The translations under genes were made by a program, and so were the position numbers. Shown here piece by piece: positions 12,362 to 26,421 of a DNA stretch of 64,000 bases (the stretch's first letter is position 1; every line of letters starts with the position of its first letter). The notes beneath the pieces were generated by a model, which was given only the letters and a program-made list of their open reading frames with translations, had not been told where the DNA came from and made no database searches. Source of the stretch: Podarcis liolepis (taxonomy: Eukaryota); NCBI GenBank assembly GCA_965112155.1, contig OZ218103.1; one strand, given 5' to 3'.

Positions 12362-14765
12362 TAAGTGCTTCACTTCTCTTTCCTGACCAAAGGTCACATG
12401 AGCTGATTGGTGGGATGAGGTTCCAAGCTTGTTTCCTTTTCTGAAACATAGACCTAAGCAGCTATTGAGGTCTGTTTCTTTTTCTTTCAATGCTGTCTTG
12501 TGCACAACCTCCAACATTTATATGTACAGAACGTCATGATGGCTTTGCAGCAGTGACATCTGGTCCATATTGTTGTTCAAAATGAGGTCTTAGTTGTTGC
12601 TGTTGTTTTAACTCTGGCATTACTTGCAATCTATCTTGCTTCCAGTTTTGGCATAAGGAGCAGGGATCTGTAAGAATCTTCATTTTTGCGTTGGTTTAAA
12701 GAATCCATTCTTTCTTTGAACTTATCTGGGTGTTTTTCACATTGCCTTCAACAGGAGTTTAAATGTTATTAAAGTCAAATAAGGATTGAAATGAAAGAAG
12801 AGGGTCTGACCCTGGCAGAAGGTGAAAAAAGGGGGGAGTGGGAAATAACTGAATGGTACAATGAACTTTTTTTTTAAAAAAAAAAATTGAATTAAAGTCA
12901 AGCAGATAAATAGTTTGAGCATCTGCTCTTTTTCAAAGATGTCAGCTTAAGCACAGCAGTACTTACAATTGTATTGATGATCCGGCCTGAACTCTTCAGA
13001 TGAATGGCAGTATACAAATTTAATAAATAAATAAATGACAATGTTAATCATAATCTTCAACAGCAGCAACAACCATCTTTCAGGCTATATCCTTACAGTC
13101 AACTCAAGCGGACCTTCTAGGACTTTTAGATCTTCTCCAGATCTTTAGAACATACTCCATTTGTTTGTTGCCCATCTTATGAGCACAGATATAAAAGCAC
13201 AGGAATGTCTGCTTGGGATGAGTATGAGAAGACAAATGCTAAACATGTAGTGTTAGCAATGAACAAAAGTCCTGGCGATCCATGCTTAACATTTTTCATG
13301 CATTAACAAATGCCTCTGAGGAACAGTGTATGCTTGAAACATTTTAAACTGTTCTTTTTAAAAAAAGGAAAAAGAAAGCATGGTGAATTTGGCTCTTGAG
13401 ACATTTAGATTGTTCCTTCACCCCTGTTTCAATCCAGATAGGTATTGAAAACAATGTATTGAGATATGGTAAGATTTTAGAGAACAGAACTGGATTATTA
13501 ACAGGAAATGGCCCAGTCTGCATCAACAGCTCATGGGTCAGTGAAGATCTGTGGCCATTATAACATCATGTTAACAACACAACACCGAATTATGCATTGA
13601 ATCAGTGCTTCTTGAATCAGTACTCAAAGTTACGTAGTACTGACACCTCCCTCCCCCCAATATTAAAAGTGTAGCACTTACTGTAATACTTTCATGGTGA
13701 GTACTGGCACCTTTTTTTTTTTCTTATAAAAAGGCACCCCATTGAACCCATGGAAATAGATGGGCTTGAGTGTGTTATACACCTGCTGTTGTATTGTGGT
13801 TCATGTGTCTAAATAGCTCAGACAGGTGCAAATCTAGTCAACAATAGGGAATTCATAGCCCCTGGGACATTTCTACTTGTTCCCAAACTTCACAGGAATC
13901 CTGGTGAATTGACAGCTTTTAAAAACAAAAACAACTTTAACATTTCAGGTGGGTGATTTAGTTGCTTAAAACCTGGGGGCACCTTAAGAGAAACACATTT
14001 TCTCTCTCCCCCATATGAGATTGTAGTAACCATTTGTTGCTTCTCTACCAGCTATTTAAAGCTATCCAGCCTTCCATGAGCTCCACATGTAACAAAATTT
14101 AAATCTTGTATACAAGACTAAAAAATGTAAACAGTTTTCAGTCAAGTGTGCTTCTGCCTGGGAATTCATGTGGCTTTTGGTTTTTAAGCATTTAGCAATT
14201 GCTTTCATGATGCTTGAACACTAGACTTAGTATAGCGTTGCTGTTGCTTTGAAAGGCTTTCATACTGTGCATGAACATGCAAGCTATCACAGGTTAAAAC
14301 TTTTAAAACGTACTTCGTTTTTCAAAAAAACGTGAGCAATTGTAACTTGGGTATTTTCTGTCCTCTTGGAAACATATGAAAACATTAATAAAGCTTAGGA
14401 GATCTACTTGAATGAATGGTAAACTTCTAACCGGTGGTTTTCAATCAGTGTTGGAATGTCACCATATTATGATCTAGGCATTGAGTCATCTCTAAAATAC
14501 CTAGTTCTCAGCTTCTTTAGTGATAACAGGTCAAAAGCAGCCAAATGATTCAGCTAGGGTGGGAGCGGGACAGAAAAAAGATCAACACACACATAAATTC
14601 AAGTGATGGTTATAAAAGGATGTTTTGAAGGAGGGTGGTGTTTAAAAGGATCTATTATGACACTGGTGTAAAATGATGGGGAAATTTGATAGTGTGTATA
14701 AATCTCCACTTTACTTATTGTATGTTTCTAACAAAATGGGACACATCAAAAATTATTTACAAATT

Positions 14766-15002
14766 GAGAGCCAGTGTCGTGTAGTGGTTAAGAGCAGTAG
14801 TCTTGCAATCTGGGGAACCGGGTTCGCGTCTCCGCTCCTCCACATGCAGCTGCTGGGTGACCTTGGGCTAGTCACACTTCTCTGAAGTCTCTCAGCCTCA
14901 CTCACCTCACAGAGTGTTTGTTGTGGGGGAGGAAGGGAAAGGAGAATGTTAGCCGCTTTGAGACTCCTTCGGGTAGTGATAAAGCGGGATATCAAATCCA
15001 AA
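14766..15002 (+). mobile_element. Young tRNA-derived SINE (Squam3-like)
   Basis: GAGAGCCAGTGTCGTGTAGTGGTTAAGAGC (A box), GGTTCGCGTCTCC (B box), LINE-like tail GTTAGCCGCTTTGAG...AAAGCGGGATATCAAAT; CpGs retained. Confidence 0.85.
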
Positions 15003-18000
15003 TGTTGAAGGTGAAAGAAAGCATGCAGTAATCTGTGTTGAATATTGTTTTAGCATGGTTATAACATTTTGCCCTAAATAATACCATATGTATCATATCG
15101 GTTTCAGTGAGAATATAGGTATTTATAAAAATGATGCTATAATGTCATGATACAGAGTTGCTATTAAAAGTTAATAAAACGAGTCTCAAGAATGTTGGCA
15201 AACAGCTAGCATCTGAATGGAGATGCACTTTTGCTGGTATTCCACCCCCACCCCCTTTGTCAATAACAGGATGCTTTGTAATTAAACATGTCTCCTTGTC
15301 AAAACATAGCAGGGAAGGATTCCATGGTACCATTAGTTCGCTGTTTAGCTAAAAGAAATGGTCCATTGCATAGAATACCTTTCCTTTCCACACATAATGA
15401 TAGTCCAAACTGAGTGTTTTTGAGTACTCTAAAGTGTTCTCAGGCTAGGATAATCATAGAAATTATAGTGGGAGTGCATTAAACTAGCTGATGAGGATAA
15501 AAAAAAAATGTAGACACTAAAATAGGATGTTTAACATTTATGGAAGATCTATTTAAGCTTTCCACAAATCACTTCCCTGCCAAAGAGATTAAACGTACAT
15601 ATATCCGTTATTATTGTTTGTCTGGGGTGATTTTAAATGAAACAAGTTGCTGTAGCAATCATTTTGTGTAATCTACATTTCTGACATCTTTTTAAGACCT
15701 CTTTGATACAGACTAATAAGGTCAAAACATCAGATAACGACATGTTGATGGCAGAATCCAATGCTCTATGTATATCTCTTTCTTTGATCTATCATGTTTA
15801 TGTGTCATCTGTTACTAGGAATATGAACGTTTGCATTTTTAAAAATTACTTACAAAATATCACGTGATTCATTATTTTGTGCTCTCATCTAAGTGAGTGC
15901 ACATGAGTGAGATTCTGTGAGCATTCGTTAGATTACAATGCCTAGACCATCTTTTTTTTTTTTAGGGGAAATTGTAATTCCCCCCCCCCATAATAACATA
16001 TCCTGCTATGTTAGCTTCCATTTATCCAAATCATCTCCTTTCTGCATACATGTATATTTTATATCTGTAGTAAAATTATGTAAACCAACCTGTGTTATCT
16101 CTACATGGCCAAATTCATGTTGTGAAATACATATCAAAGTTTTTGAAAACACTAAATCTTATGAAAGAGAACGCGCTGCAAAGTAGAATGGAATCAATAG
16201 TTCATAAAAAATGAAGAAAGTGAGATGACATCACAAATCACATCATTATCTGTCACTGGGGTTGTTCAGCCAACTTGTTGCATTAGATTTTTTGATGAAG
16301 TTCCATGCTGCCTGGTAGTACATTTGCAAAAGGCAGCTCTAAACCAAGATGGTTGCCATGGTGTTTCTGTACATTCAAGGAAACTGTAATAACATTCTCT
16401 AACTTTGGATTTGATTCAAAGATCGAATGCAAATATTTCTCTTTGAAGCAGGATTTTAGGCTTCAAAAATTAGAACTCAAACCTTCATGAGAGTGTTAGT
16501 GTGTTTTATATGAAAGTGATTGCCAGAGTTGAGGGCAAATGCACATTGCTTTGTGGGCACACAGCAATCAAGTTCTCTTATTATTCAAATTACCATCCAA
16601 CTTGACCCATCCTATCACTGGCCAGAGATGGATCACTGCCTCAGGTGGTAAATGCTGGAAGACATTGGTGGCAGCTCCCTGGCTGTTCCTCGAGTCCCTG
16701 GCTGTACCCTTCTGTTAGAGGACCGAGTTGTGCATGCCCCCTGACTTGACCTGCATCCCACAACTAGACCTTAGTATTGAAATATTCAGCTGCCAGTCCA
16801 GCCAGCTTCTGTAGGTGGATAGGACAACCATCTTATTCTTTGCCACAGGCAGCAAAATGTCTTGCACAGCCCTGCTATTCAAGCTGGACCTGGAAGCTTT
16901 CAGAGGAAGTCTGTAATGACCTATTTTGGCCTCCTATGACTGGCTGTTTTGTCTTATTGGTTTTCCTATAATTTTAACTCTTTTAGTTGGAAATGGATGC
17001 AGATGTACTATTCACATGACATCCCACAGGTTTCAGGTTCAACACCCTCTGAATTTGAGTTTTAGCAGCATCCAAATACTTAAACGTAATACTTTGACAC
17101 ACCAGCAGGCTAGGATTCAGATTTATTTGAGAATTCCAAGGGATTAAGGTAATGCCCCCATCAGTGCACTGCATCAACAGTTGGTTGGATTGTTGAGCTC
17201 TTTAGACATTTTAACCTGCCATAGAGGAAACCCCAGTAGAGTAAAAAAACTTAAGAATACTGGTCCTCCATAAAATTTGCCGTGGATTGTTTCAACCTTA
17301 CCAAAACAACATATGGATTACACAACAGTTATTTATAGTAAAAGATTGAAAGCATCAAACTTGGCAGCTGTACTCAAGGAACACATAAATCCATTTGTCA
17401 CACAACTTCGAAAATCTTAGCCATATCTTCTAAATCTCTGCTAAGCTATAATCTGAGTCTGGGACACTGTTTCTTTAGTTTATTTTTAAACAGAGGAAGT
17501 ATCAGACTGGAATTGTAGGAACGTTTTTGATTTGATGAGAGCTTGATGATGCTGTCTGAGGGGAAAGTTTAACCATGAGGTCAATTAGATGTATCATTAT
17601 TAAATTGCCTCAGAAATCTACTGCTGTACACAGACAAGCCCCTAGGTATGTAGCCTGCAAAATTTGGAAACATTAAGTGCAGGAGCCATGGAGTTTTAAT
17701 GACTGAGGTCTTTTTTCACCCCTGATCAATTGATATCAACTGATAAGTTCTTTTTACATTCCTCCCAAAATCATTGTGATTGGAAATACAAGCGAGAAGC
17801 CTGATAAAATTATTCCCTTCTTGCAAGCCAGGGCTGCCATTTGCAAAATTATACCCCTTCCTCTCTTGCTCAGTCCCTCCCTCTTCCCTTTTCCTGCCTG
17901 GACTAAAAGCCCATTAAACCAATAAAAAATGCCACCCCAGGAATAAGGCTCCCAGAGTTCTCAAGGCTAATCAGGGGCTACCCACACAATTATTACTTAG

Positions 18001-18759
18001 TCCTCGAACAAGCATACTACATAGAGGAGGAGGGAGCTACAAAAAGGGTGTAGTGTTTGGGGAGGAGCCAGCATATAATGTCTGGCTTCTTCCCCATTCT
18101 GATAGGCCTGATGGCCCACTTGACCCTTCCCCAACTCCTCCGTAGGGTAAAACCATTTTGAGTCCTCTTCCCAGGTGAGTTGGGGTATGACAAATGCACC
18201 CCCACTCAAGGTTGGGAGTGGCATTCTGCTAAACATTCCACCTTTACCACAAAGCATGGAGGAGAACTCAGCAACAGTTGCATATATTTCCACCTGAACC
18301 CAATAAAAATGCCATTGCGATATTAGGAGCAAGATGCAATTGTTACCACCACACAGACCTTACACCTGCCTCTGCCTGCCTGCCTGGCTAGCTGGTTGCC
18401 TGCAGATGATGTCCACTGCAGTGTGCTGAAGCCTAGCTACAGCCTTGGGAAAGTGATAAAAATTGTGGCAGCTCTGAGACCAAACCTCATGCCCTGGTTG
18501 GAAAGACTTTGGAGGGAAGGCAAACTGGGAGTCAGTCCCAACACTGGAACTGCATGGAGGACCTAGTCTAGGGGAGTTGAAAGGGTGATGGGTGAAGACG
18601 GACTTTGAATGGGGAGGGCAAAAAGTAGGCCTGAACTGGAAGCAGGACAGAAGTTGCTATTTAATTAAGATTCCTTTTTAATTATTATTTGTTTAATTAT
18701 TATTTTTTTAATCCTCCCTTTCTGCCAAAAAAGAAAAAGAAAAAAGGCTTATCTGAGGG

Positions 18760-19210
18760 TGTGGCGTTTGCCCGTTCCTTGATTATGTTTGTACGGGGGG
18801 ATGGAAATGGTTAATGTAGATTGACCAATGAGAAAGCTCAGAGGCGGAGCCTACTTGGTTTTGAGGCTCAGTCCAGGGGTTTACCATGGGGAGATAGAGG
18901 AGTGAGGGTCAAACAGAGGCAGTAAAAGTGACAGTTAGAGTGAGAGACAGTGATAGAACTGAGAGAGAAGCATGTGACAGTGTGAGATAGTGCCACATCT
19001 AGTTAAGGGCGCGCATTTGAGAAACAGTTCTGAACATATTTAAAACTTGTTTGTTCTTCAATATACTTTAATCTTCATTGTTGACTTTACAACCTGACTG
19101 AGACTCAGTATTTCACCAGAAGAAACCTGGTTGGTGGCAGCGGAAGAATAAAGCAGTGGTGTACAGGTCACTAGTCCGTGAAATGACCGGGGCTCTGTAC
19201 GGACGCCACA
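18760..19210 (+). mobile_element. Solo LTR (451 bp)
   Basis: TG...CA ends with perfect 8-bp terminal inverted repeat TGTGGCGT/ACGCCACA; 5-bp TSD GAGGG (18755-18759, 19211-19215); internal CCAAT, GC box and AATAAA (19147). Confidence 0.85.
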
Positions 19211-20149
19211 GAGGGTTTATAGATTACTATGATGAAGACAATCCTTGCTCTCAGACTAACAAGGCACAACACAAAAGGGAAATGAATTAGTGGGGAGGAA
19301 GAAATAAGCAAACTGGTACAAGTTCATTTACCTGCATGGCACAAGAAAATCTTTCCCTAGTGGGAGGCCTTGGTAGCATAGACCAGCCTCAAGCTCAAGA
19401 AAGGAATAGTATGGCAGCAACAAGATAAAATCTCTTTAGGTGGAAGTCTGCATCTCTGAGCCAGAAACAGGAATATCTATGGTAGAAGATTCGGAGGCGC
19501 GCTTGACCCTTGCTAAGGTGTGGGATTCAGTAGGTGCCAACCCTGGATGCCAGTCTTTTGCCAGCCCACAGTCTTTTTGTAAGATTTGCTGGTGTAATGT
19601 ATATGAAGCCTTTTGAATGGTGTAGCTGTGTATACGAGCATCATTGCCAACAATTTTAGTCATGCTAATAATAGCTGCACTCATTGGAATACAATTAAAG
19701 GGATAACTACACTTGGAGAAATTGCTTTGTTGTTCCATTTATTGTTTCCTATTTGAGAGCAATGTATAAAGGTGTTTGCTTGTTTTCGGCTCAACTTTGA
19801 GCTTTAGTGTTTCCCAAGGTGCAGCCTGCATGCTACTTTCCAAGTTTTCAGCCATCTCTTTCTGCCCAGGCGTCCTTATACAATACACTTTGGGGGTCAT
19901 TCTGGCAGAAGAGTTCCCCTAATTAGTGTATCTTTGCAATTCCCTACCTGTTGCACATTGCCAAAATCATCCAACTCCACTCTCTGGTGTACTGTACGAT
20001 AAGCCTGTACCTTGCCCACTTCCTGCTGTGGCAGTTTGCATCTGAATAGTTCTCTGAGCTTTTATAAACAGTTTGGCACTACTGGCTCAGTTGCACTTTA
20101 CAGCCCAATTAGCATTTTTTGAAATAGGGACGGAGCAGCCAAATTTATG

Positions 20150-20340
20150 TGTGCTTTAAAATAAGAATTAGAAGAGAGCGTTGGTTTATTTTACGCATCG
20201 AGGAATTTAATCTGGGTAATTGAGTGACTGCCCCTTTTCTTGTTAGCAAAACAGATTGACTTGTAAATAATTGGGAATGTGTAGGTTAACTTCTCTCACA
20301 TTCCATTCACTGAGGCAGAGAAGGGTTTGCTAAAAATAGA
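20150..20340. promoter_or_regulatory. Candidate muscle/neuronal enhancer motif cluster (MEF2, 2x TEAD, FOX)
   Basis: CTAAAAATAG 20330-20339; GGAATGT 20274-20280 and ACATTCC 20298-20304; TGTAAATA 20262-20269; no recognisable repeat. Confidence 0.4.
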
Positions 20341-20869
20341 TGTATTCAAAAAATATAATTAGATATCTGAAGCTTTACCTGCTAATCTTTTCTTTTTTCC
20401 CTCAGACGGACCTAGGGAATTTTGCCTATGTATGAAGCAGGTCTCTTGTTCATTTAAGATTTGCCCAAACAAAATGTCATATTTGTGGGAGGTGGGCAGA
20501 TAACCATGAACTCTGTAAAATGCAACATAAAATACATGAAGAATAGTAATACCAGTAGCTGATGGCTGAAAGGAACCCAGAGTACAAAACTTTGCATCAT
20601 TTTACTTAAATTTAGCTAGGTGAGCCAACAGAAATGCAGACATTATGCTTTTGGTGTTGGGGTGTATTCTAGTAGTAGAGCGACATCAGTGTAGCTCATC
20701 GCATAAGACCTTTCCAAAAGAAGGTAGGAGGGAGAAAAGAGCTAGTGATGTACCAAGTATTGTGTGCATTCAGTTCCCTCTCTTAAAAACAAAAAGAAAC
20801 AAGGCACTAAAGCCACAATTGATTTTGCAACTCAGTTTTGAGCTACAACAAACTATTCCTGAACTTATT

Positions 20870-21090
20870 ATTAATTAATCTTAAATACAACATTTCTTAT
20901 TTACAAAGGGCTACACTCACATGCAGCATGAGAAGTGGGTCACTCTTTTACATATTTTGCAAAGGAGAAACTGAGCTGACAGCTAATGATATGGCTAACC
21001 ATGCTGTGTCCAGTTCATGACTGAGAAGGAATTTGAATACCGGTCTCCTTGAATAAGTCTGGCCTGGTCACCATTAGACTTCACTGGTTC
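20870..21090 (-). mobile_element. Ancient CORE/MIR-like SINE remnant
   Basis: CATATTTTGCAAAGGAGAAACTGAG resembles the CORE motif; GGAATTTGAATACCGGTCTCC resembles a reversed B box. Confidence 0.45.
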
Positions 21091-22105
21091 CAGAAAGGGT
21101 TACCCAGCTTCATGCTGCTGGCAGAACTCCATTTCAGAAGAACTAGATTTGCCAGCTCTTAGAAGGCAAAATTCTGGCTTCAAAGCAGATTGCAGGAAGT
21201 GCTGGAGCAATATAGAAGGGGTGGAGAACCCAGCAGCTAAAGAGAGAAAGCCAGCAGAAAATGCTCTGTTCACATAAGGCAAGGATGAGGAAATATGTTT
21301 AGCTTGAGGGTCACATTCCCTTCTGGACAACTCTCCAAGCATCACATGCCGGTGCTGGATGAGTCTAAAGGCAACAGTGGGCAGAGCAGTCAACGTGAAT
21401 TTTAGCCTTGTACAGTAGGCTAGTTTCAACGCACTCTCATGAACTTTTCAACCCAAATTAAACATGCAGGAGGGGGAAAAGAAGGAGAAATACGCTGGCT
21501 GCTTATAAGTGTCTCCTTCTTCTCCCTCCTTATCACCAGACTGCAACACCCTTTATGATAGTTCTGGATCATTCTGGGTGGACCCAATCCAACCCAGGGT
21601 TATCTGGAGCTGCCTCAACCCACTCCAGCCAAATCCCTGGTCAACCTGAATTGCCCCAAATTGGTTTGGGTGGGATCCTGCTTAGGGCCTAAATTCAAAC
21701 ACAAACCAACAATATCCTGCATGCATCTTCAAGGACCAAAAGGGTACAAAGGGACAGGTAATGTCAGTAACCCTCACAGAGTGATGCACAAAACAAAGGA
21801 ATCAAATTATACATCCTGCATCTTTCCTAGCTCTGTTGTGCTCATCAGATTCTGATTTAACAGAGGCTGTTTTTAATTTAGCATCATTTAAATTTTACTC
21901 AGGAGATTTTGTAATGAAAGTGTTATTCTTGGGTGCATCTTTAATCAATCTGAATTACTGAAACAGCTCTTCAGAATTAATTCCAAATCAGCTGCCCACT
22001 TCAAGGCAGAAACATTCTCTTCTGGAGGCTGGCAGCCTCCTCCATCCTTCTGTGAAATGAAATTAAATATTGGGCATCTGTGTGTGCATAGGGAAAGTGA
22101 GAAGT

Positions 22106-22282
22106 GGAAGGGCCATAGCTTAGTGGTAAAGCATCTGTTTTGCATGCAAAAGGTCTTGGGTCCATTCCCAAACATCTCCGGGTGGGGCTGAGGAAAATTC
22201 CCTGTCTGAAACCCTGGAGAACTGCTGCCAGTCAGTGTACTAGATGAATCAGTTGTCGGACTTGGAATAAAGCAGCTTCCTA
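22106..22282 (+). mobile_element. tRNA-derived SINE (same family as 4111-4278)
   Basis: GGAAGGGCCATAGCTTAGTGGTAAAGCATCTG...TGCATGCAAAAGGTC...CTGCTGCCAGTCAGTGTA...AGCAGCTTCCTA. Confidence 0.85.
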
Positions 22283-24596
22283 GGTGAGTTCATTTACACA
22301 AGTATTGTGTAGGGCACTTTTTATGGAAATTTTCTCAGGGGAGGCAAGAGTTGGTGGGACTTGACTATCATGTATGGGGTCTACCATCAAGGTGAGAATG
22401 GTCTGTACTTTGGACAGTTGTGTAGAACAGGAGATTTTCAAGCAGGGATGTGGAAGTAACATTTATCTTCCAGTGATTAAAAATACAAGAGACCTCTCCT
22501 CCTTTGCAATTGGTCAGTTTAGCCTCAGATTTTCAGAGGTACAACTGTTTTCATGCACATCAAGCACAGGGCAGGTCTGCAAAAGCAACATGTGGTTTTC
22601 CAAACTAAACCCAGCACAGCCACTATAATGAGACCTAGGAGTTAAGTAGTCACATTCTTAGCCACCAGCAATGTAGTGAAACAGAGTTATGATGAGCAGG
22701 GGTGGCTTTGATCTGACTCTCCAACCACTTTTTTTTTTGTCCCAGAAAACCTTGAGAATTTAGCTGCAGCACTGTGGTGGGCCTAGCACCGTGTCCTGAT
22801 ACAAATCACCTCCTCCCTGGTTATCAGACTGGTCCTTGATAAATAAGGAGGGAACAAGAACCCTCCTGCTCAGCTGATCTGAATGGAGCAGCTAACAGAA
22901 GGGGTTGTGGGCATGTTCATGTTCTGTAAGTGTGCATACATGAGAGAGTGTGGAGTGGCTACACTCACTTTTGACCATGCCGACCAATGACTCATGACCT
23001 GCTGTGAGGGATGGCTAAGGGTAAAGGTGGCTCTCAGCCCAAATAATCATTACCAGTCATGATTATGAAGATAAAATGAGAAGTCCTGTTTATTTTTATA
23101 CCACCCTGAGCTTAGGCATTCTGAGCTTAGGCTCCTGCCCAGAACTGTGGTTCATCGTGTTTCCTCCTCTGCTACACCACTGTCAGAAACATAACACCAG
23201 GCCTGTACAGGAAAGTCAAACTCCTTCATGCCCAGCTTCTAAACTTCTAAACTTTCCAAAGAAAACAGGTATCTACCATTGGTAACAGAAGATTGGATTA
23301 GATGGACCTTTTGTCAACCCAGTAGGACATCTTATGATCTTAAGACCCTTTGTGCTTCAGTCTACCATAAAAATAACCAATGAAAAGATCTCAGCATTTA
23401 AATGGGAATTTAAACAAAGGCAATGAACTAAATTAGTGAAAGATGGGATGCTAAAAATGGGTAAGAAAATTGCCAATAAACAATATGAGCCATTCATGTT
23501 AGGATAAAATAAGCAGCCACGAACAAGCAGGCTATTGCTGGGAAAGAATAAAAAAGCTGACAGAATTATTCTTTTTAAAATTATCTGCATATTAACCTCA
23601 CATGTAGGTTTCAGTTGTGGTTCAGCGTGTCCAAAAATCTGAAATTGTCATATGACTGAAGACATTTCTTGTTTTTAAACTATGATTTTACTCAAAAGTT
23701 TCCCTCCAATATTGCATCTTGACAAGAACAAATATATATTTGACAGGGTTGTACAACATTTCTATCTGTCAGGACATTTGCTTGACACCAATAGTTCATA
23801 TAAATATTTCTTCTTCTATTCCAGATCTTTCTGAATTGAAATATTTCAGATTGAAATATGTCAAATTATTAACATGTACTGGGTTTCCGAAATGGAAGAC
23901 ATTTATTTTACAAACAAGTTTGTATGGTTTTGACTAGCCTCCAAGCAGCTCCTTCTTTGTTTTACTGGGGTTACTGGAAGGCTACACTAATCAGTGCAGA
24001 GTAGATCTATTTGTGCAGAAAGCCTAGCTTAGTTAAAGGCAGGGTTTCAGTGTAACTTTCTAAATCCAGGAAACTTTATGTTATTTTGTTTGATTTGCTG
24101 TTACTATCTGTCATCAGTCACTGGGAAAAGCACTGCATTTTAAATTTCGTAATAGATTGTTCATTGTAGGCTGATTCACACATGACTGTTCACCACTACA
24201 GCATCAACTGTGTAAATGGGCCATCACAATTCTAAACATTTTCACATCACCCAAAGTCACATGAGATGGAATGGGCCCAAGTTTGAGTCATCAAATGTGG
24301 AGCTATCAAGTGCAGAGAAATAAAGCAAGATACAGGCAGTGTGAGACAGTCTTCAGTCATGCTAAACCACTGATTGGTAGCCTAGCACAACAAACTTGAA
24401 TTCTGAACACATTTCTTATAAAGGGCATATTTCTTGTGTAGGCCATATGGACCAAACAAGTTCAAAGGCAGTATACCACTAAATACTAATTGATGAGGAG
24501 CAACAGCCAGAAAGGACTCTTGTCTTCACGTCCTGCTTAGAGGATACCCAGAGGTATCTGGTTGGCCCCTGTGGAAACCAGGATAATGGACTAGAT

Positions 24597-24734
24597 CAAG
24601 GCTGGGGGATCTGTGTGCATACAGATGTTGTTGGTCTACAAGTTCCATCATCCATGACCCTTGACCATGCTGGCTGGGGCTGATGAGAGTTGAGGTGCAA
24701 CAACACCTGAAGAGGTCCACAGGCTCCATATCCC
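24597..24734. mobile_element. hAT-type palindromic MITE (old)
   Basis: CAGATGTTGTTG...CCATCA...GGGGCTGATGAGAGTTG...CAACAACACCTG internal inverted repeat; follows a CR1-like 3' tail at ~24430-24596. Confidence 0.6.
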
Positions 24735-26282
24735 AAGACTACATGCATCTATGGTCAGGGCTCTTCTTACATATTTAGAATATTTCCAGTTGTGTATCTT
24801 AAGGATGAAAACAGACATGACATTTCATGTGCAGGGAAAGTAATTTGAACACCTAAAGCTCTGAAAACAAATGCCTCAAAAAGAGTCCATCCTTTAGTTC
24901 TGTCTGCCAATAGAAATAGATATTTAATTCCTCTTGTCTATAGTTTCAGTGGATGCAAGTTACTCCTTTACAAAGCTCATACAAAGTAATGTAAGACATA
25001 CAAGAACACTGTCATTGAATTCAGCAGTGTAATTAGGAGTAATTTTAGACTCTGGACTTAATGGTCTTATTCCTCACCTCACTCCCAATAATATTGTATC
25101 ACGTCAGAATGTGGATTTGGGGGCTCTCTTGCTCATCCTTCTGAGGGGTGTCCTGGACCACTTGGGTCCTATTCTGACAGCACCATTGATGGAATGGATT
25201 TGTTCAAGAGGCATAACACCTTAATTTCACACCTTAATTTCATTTGCTGCTTTCTTTGATGCAAATGGAAGGGGGGGGGGAGAAAAATAACTTACCGGTT
25301 TTGGGCCATTGCTTTTCTCAGGCTCTACCTGGAAAATGATGTTTTTGTCCAGGCAATCATATTTTATGAGTCACAGCTCGAACTATTCTCATTAAACTTC
25401 ATGGTGGGGGGGGGACCATGTTTAAATGTAAGTGCTGCCCTTCACATTTTAACCTCATTGATGAAAATACAGATGAGATGCAACACACTCCTTTTGCAAT
25501 GTCCAGCTCTAAAATTTCATCAGCATCTCTCTTTCCTACCCAGACAGCCAGTCTAAAATTCACAACCCAAAGAACAGCTTGAATTTAATATAGTGGAAGT
25601 CCAATCAAACAATAAATTGATAAACCATTTTTCTGAGCCTTCTGTGCTAGTTTCTTTCCTGTATGAAATGAGCATCATTTTCCCCAAACTAATAGATTTG
25701 AAGATATTACAGGTAACATTTGTTTGTATCGGGAATCATTTCCTTTCCACAAGCCACACTTGTGGATATATCTTTGCAGCTAAGTTATATTAAAAGGAAA
25801 TGTACATAATAAGTCAGCCTGAGATCCCATTACAGGACCAAAACTTCCCTGGAGAGAACCTCCCCTTTCTAGCATTGTTTCTGATACTATATTAACTGCA
25901 CAATCCTAGTCCTATTTATTCAGAACAGCCATGAACCCTACTGAGATTGATCGGCCCTACTTCTGAATTAACAGAGATAAAATTGGACTATTATTTGCAG
26001 TCACAGAATCAGGGCCAGGGGAGTTTCTTTCCACCTTATGAAAAGATTAAATTCCAAATTAATGGAATCAAGCTTTGAGTCATTGCATTTTATCAAAAGA
26101 TCTTATAGAGAATCTAAGCTATTATCCTAGGCATGTATTCACTTTTTCCACTGAGCAGCAGATATATCCCTGATATATATATAAAAAACTGCTATTGCAA
26201 ATCACAGTCCTCTCAGTTTAAGGTTTTCACACAGACACCCCTCTCTTGGAAGAAATACAAGGTCAAAGAAGAGGATTTCTAA

Positions 26283-26421
26283 GCCACCATTCCCAATTTA
26301 GTGCCTTCCAAATGTTTTGGACTACAACCCCCACCAAGCCCAGTCAACACAAGTCAGCTTTCTGGGGCTGATGGGAATTGTAGTCCAAAACATCTGGAGG
26401 GCACCAAGTTGGGGTAGGCTG
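26283..26421. mobile_element. hAT-type palindromic MITE
   Basis: ATGTTTTGGACTACAA ... TTGTAGTCCAAAACAT internal inverted repeat; same family as 36753. Confidence 0.75.

Noticed and set aside
17649-18441. Possible solo LTR bounded by TGTAGC...GCTACA
   Set aside because: The 6-bp inverted ends and AATAAA motifs are suggestive, but the flanks (GGTA/GCCT) give no TSD; not supportable without a repeat search.
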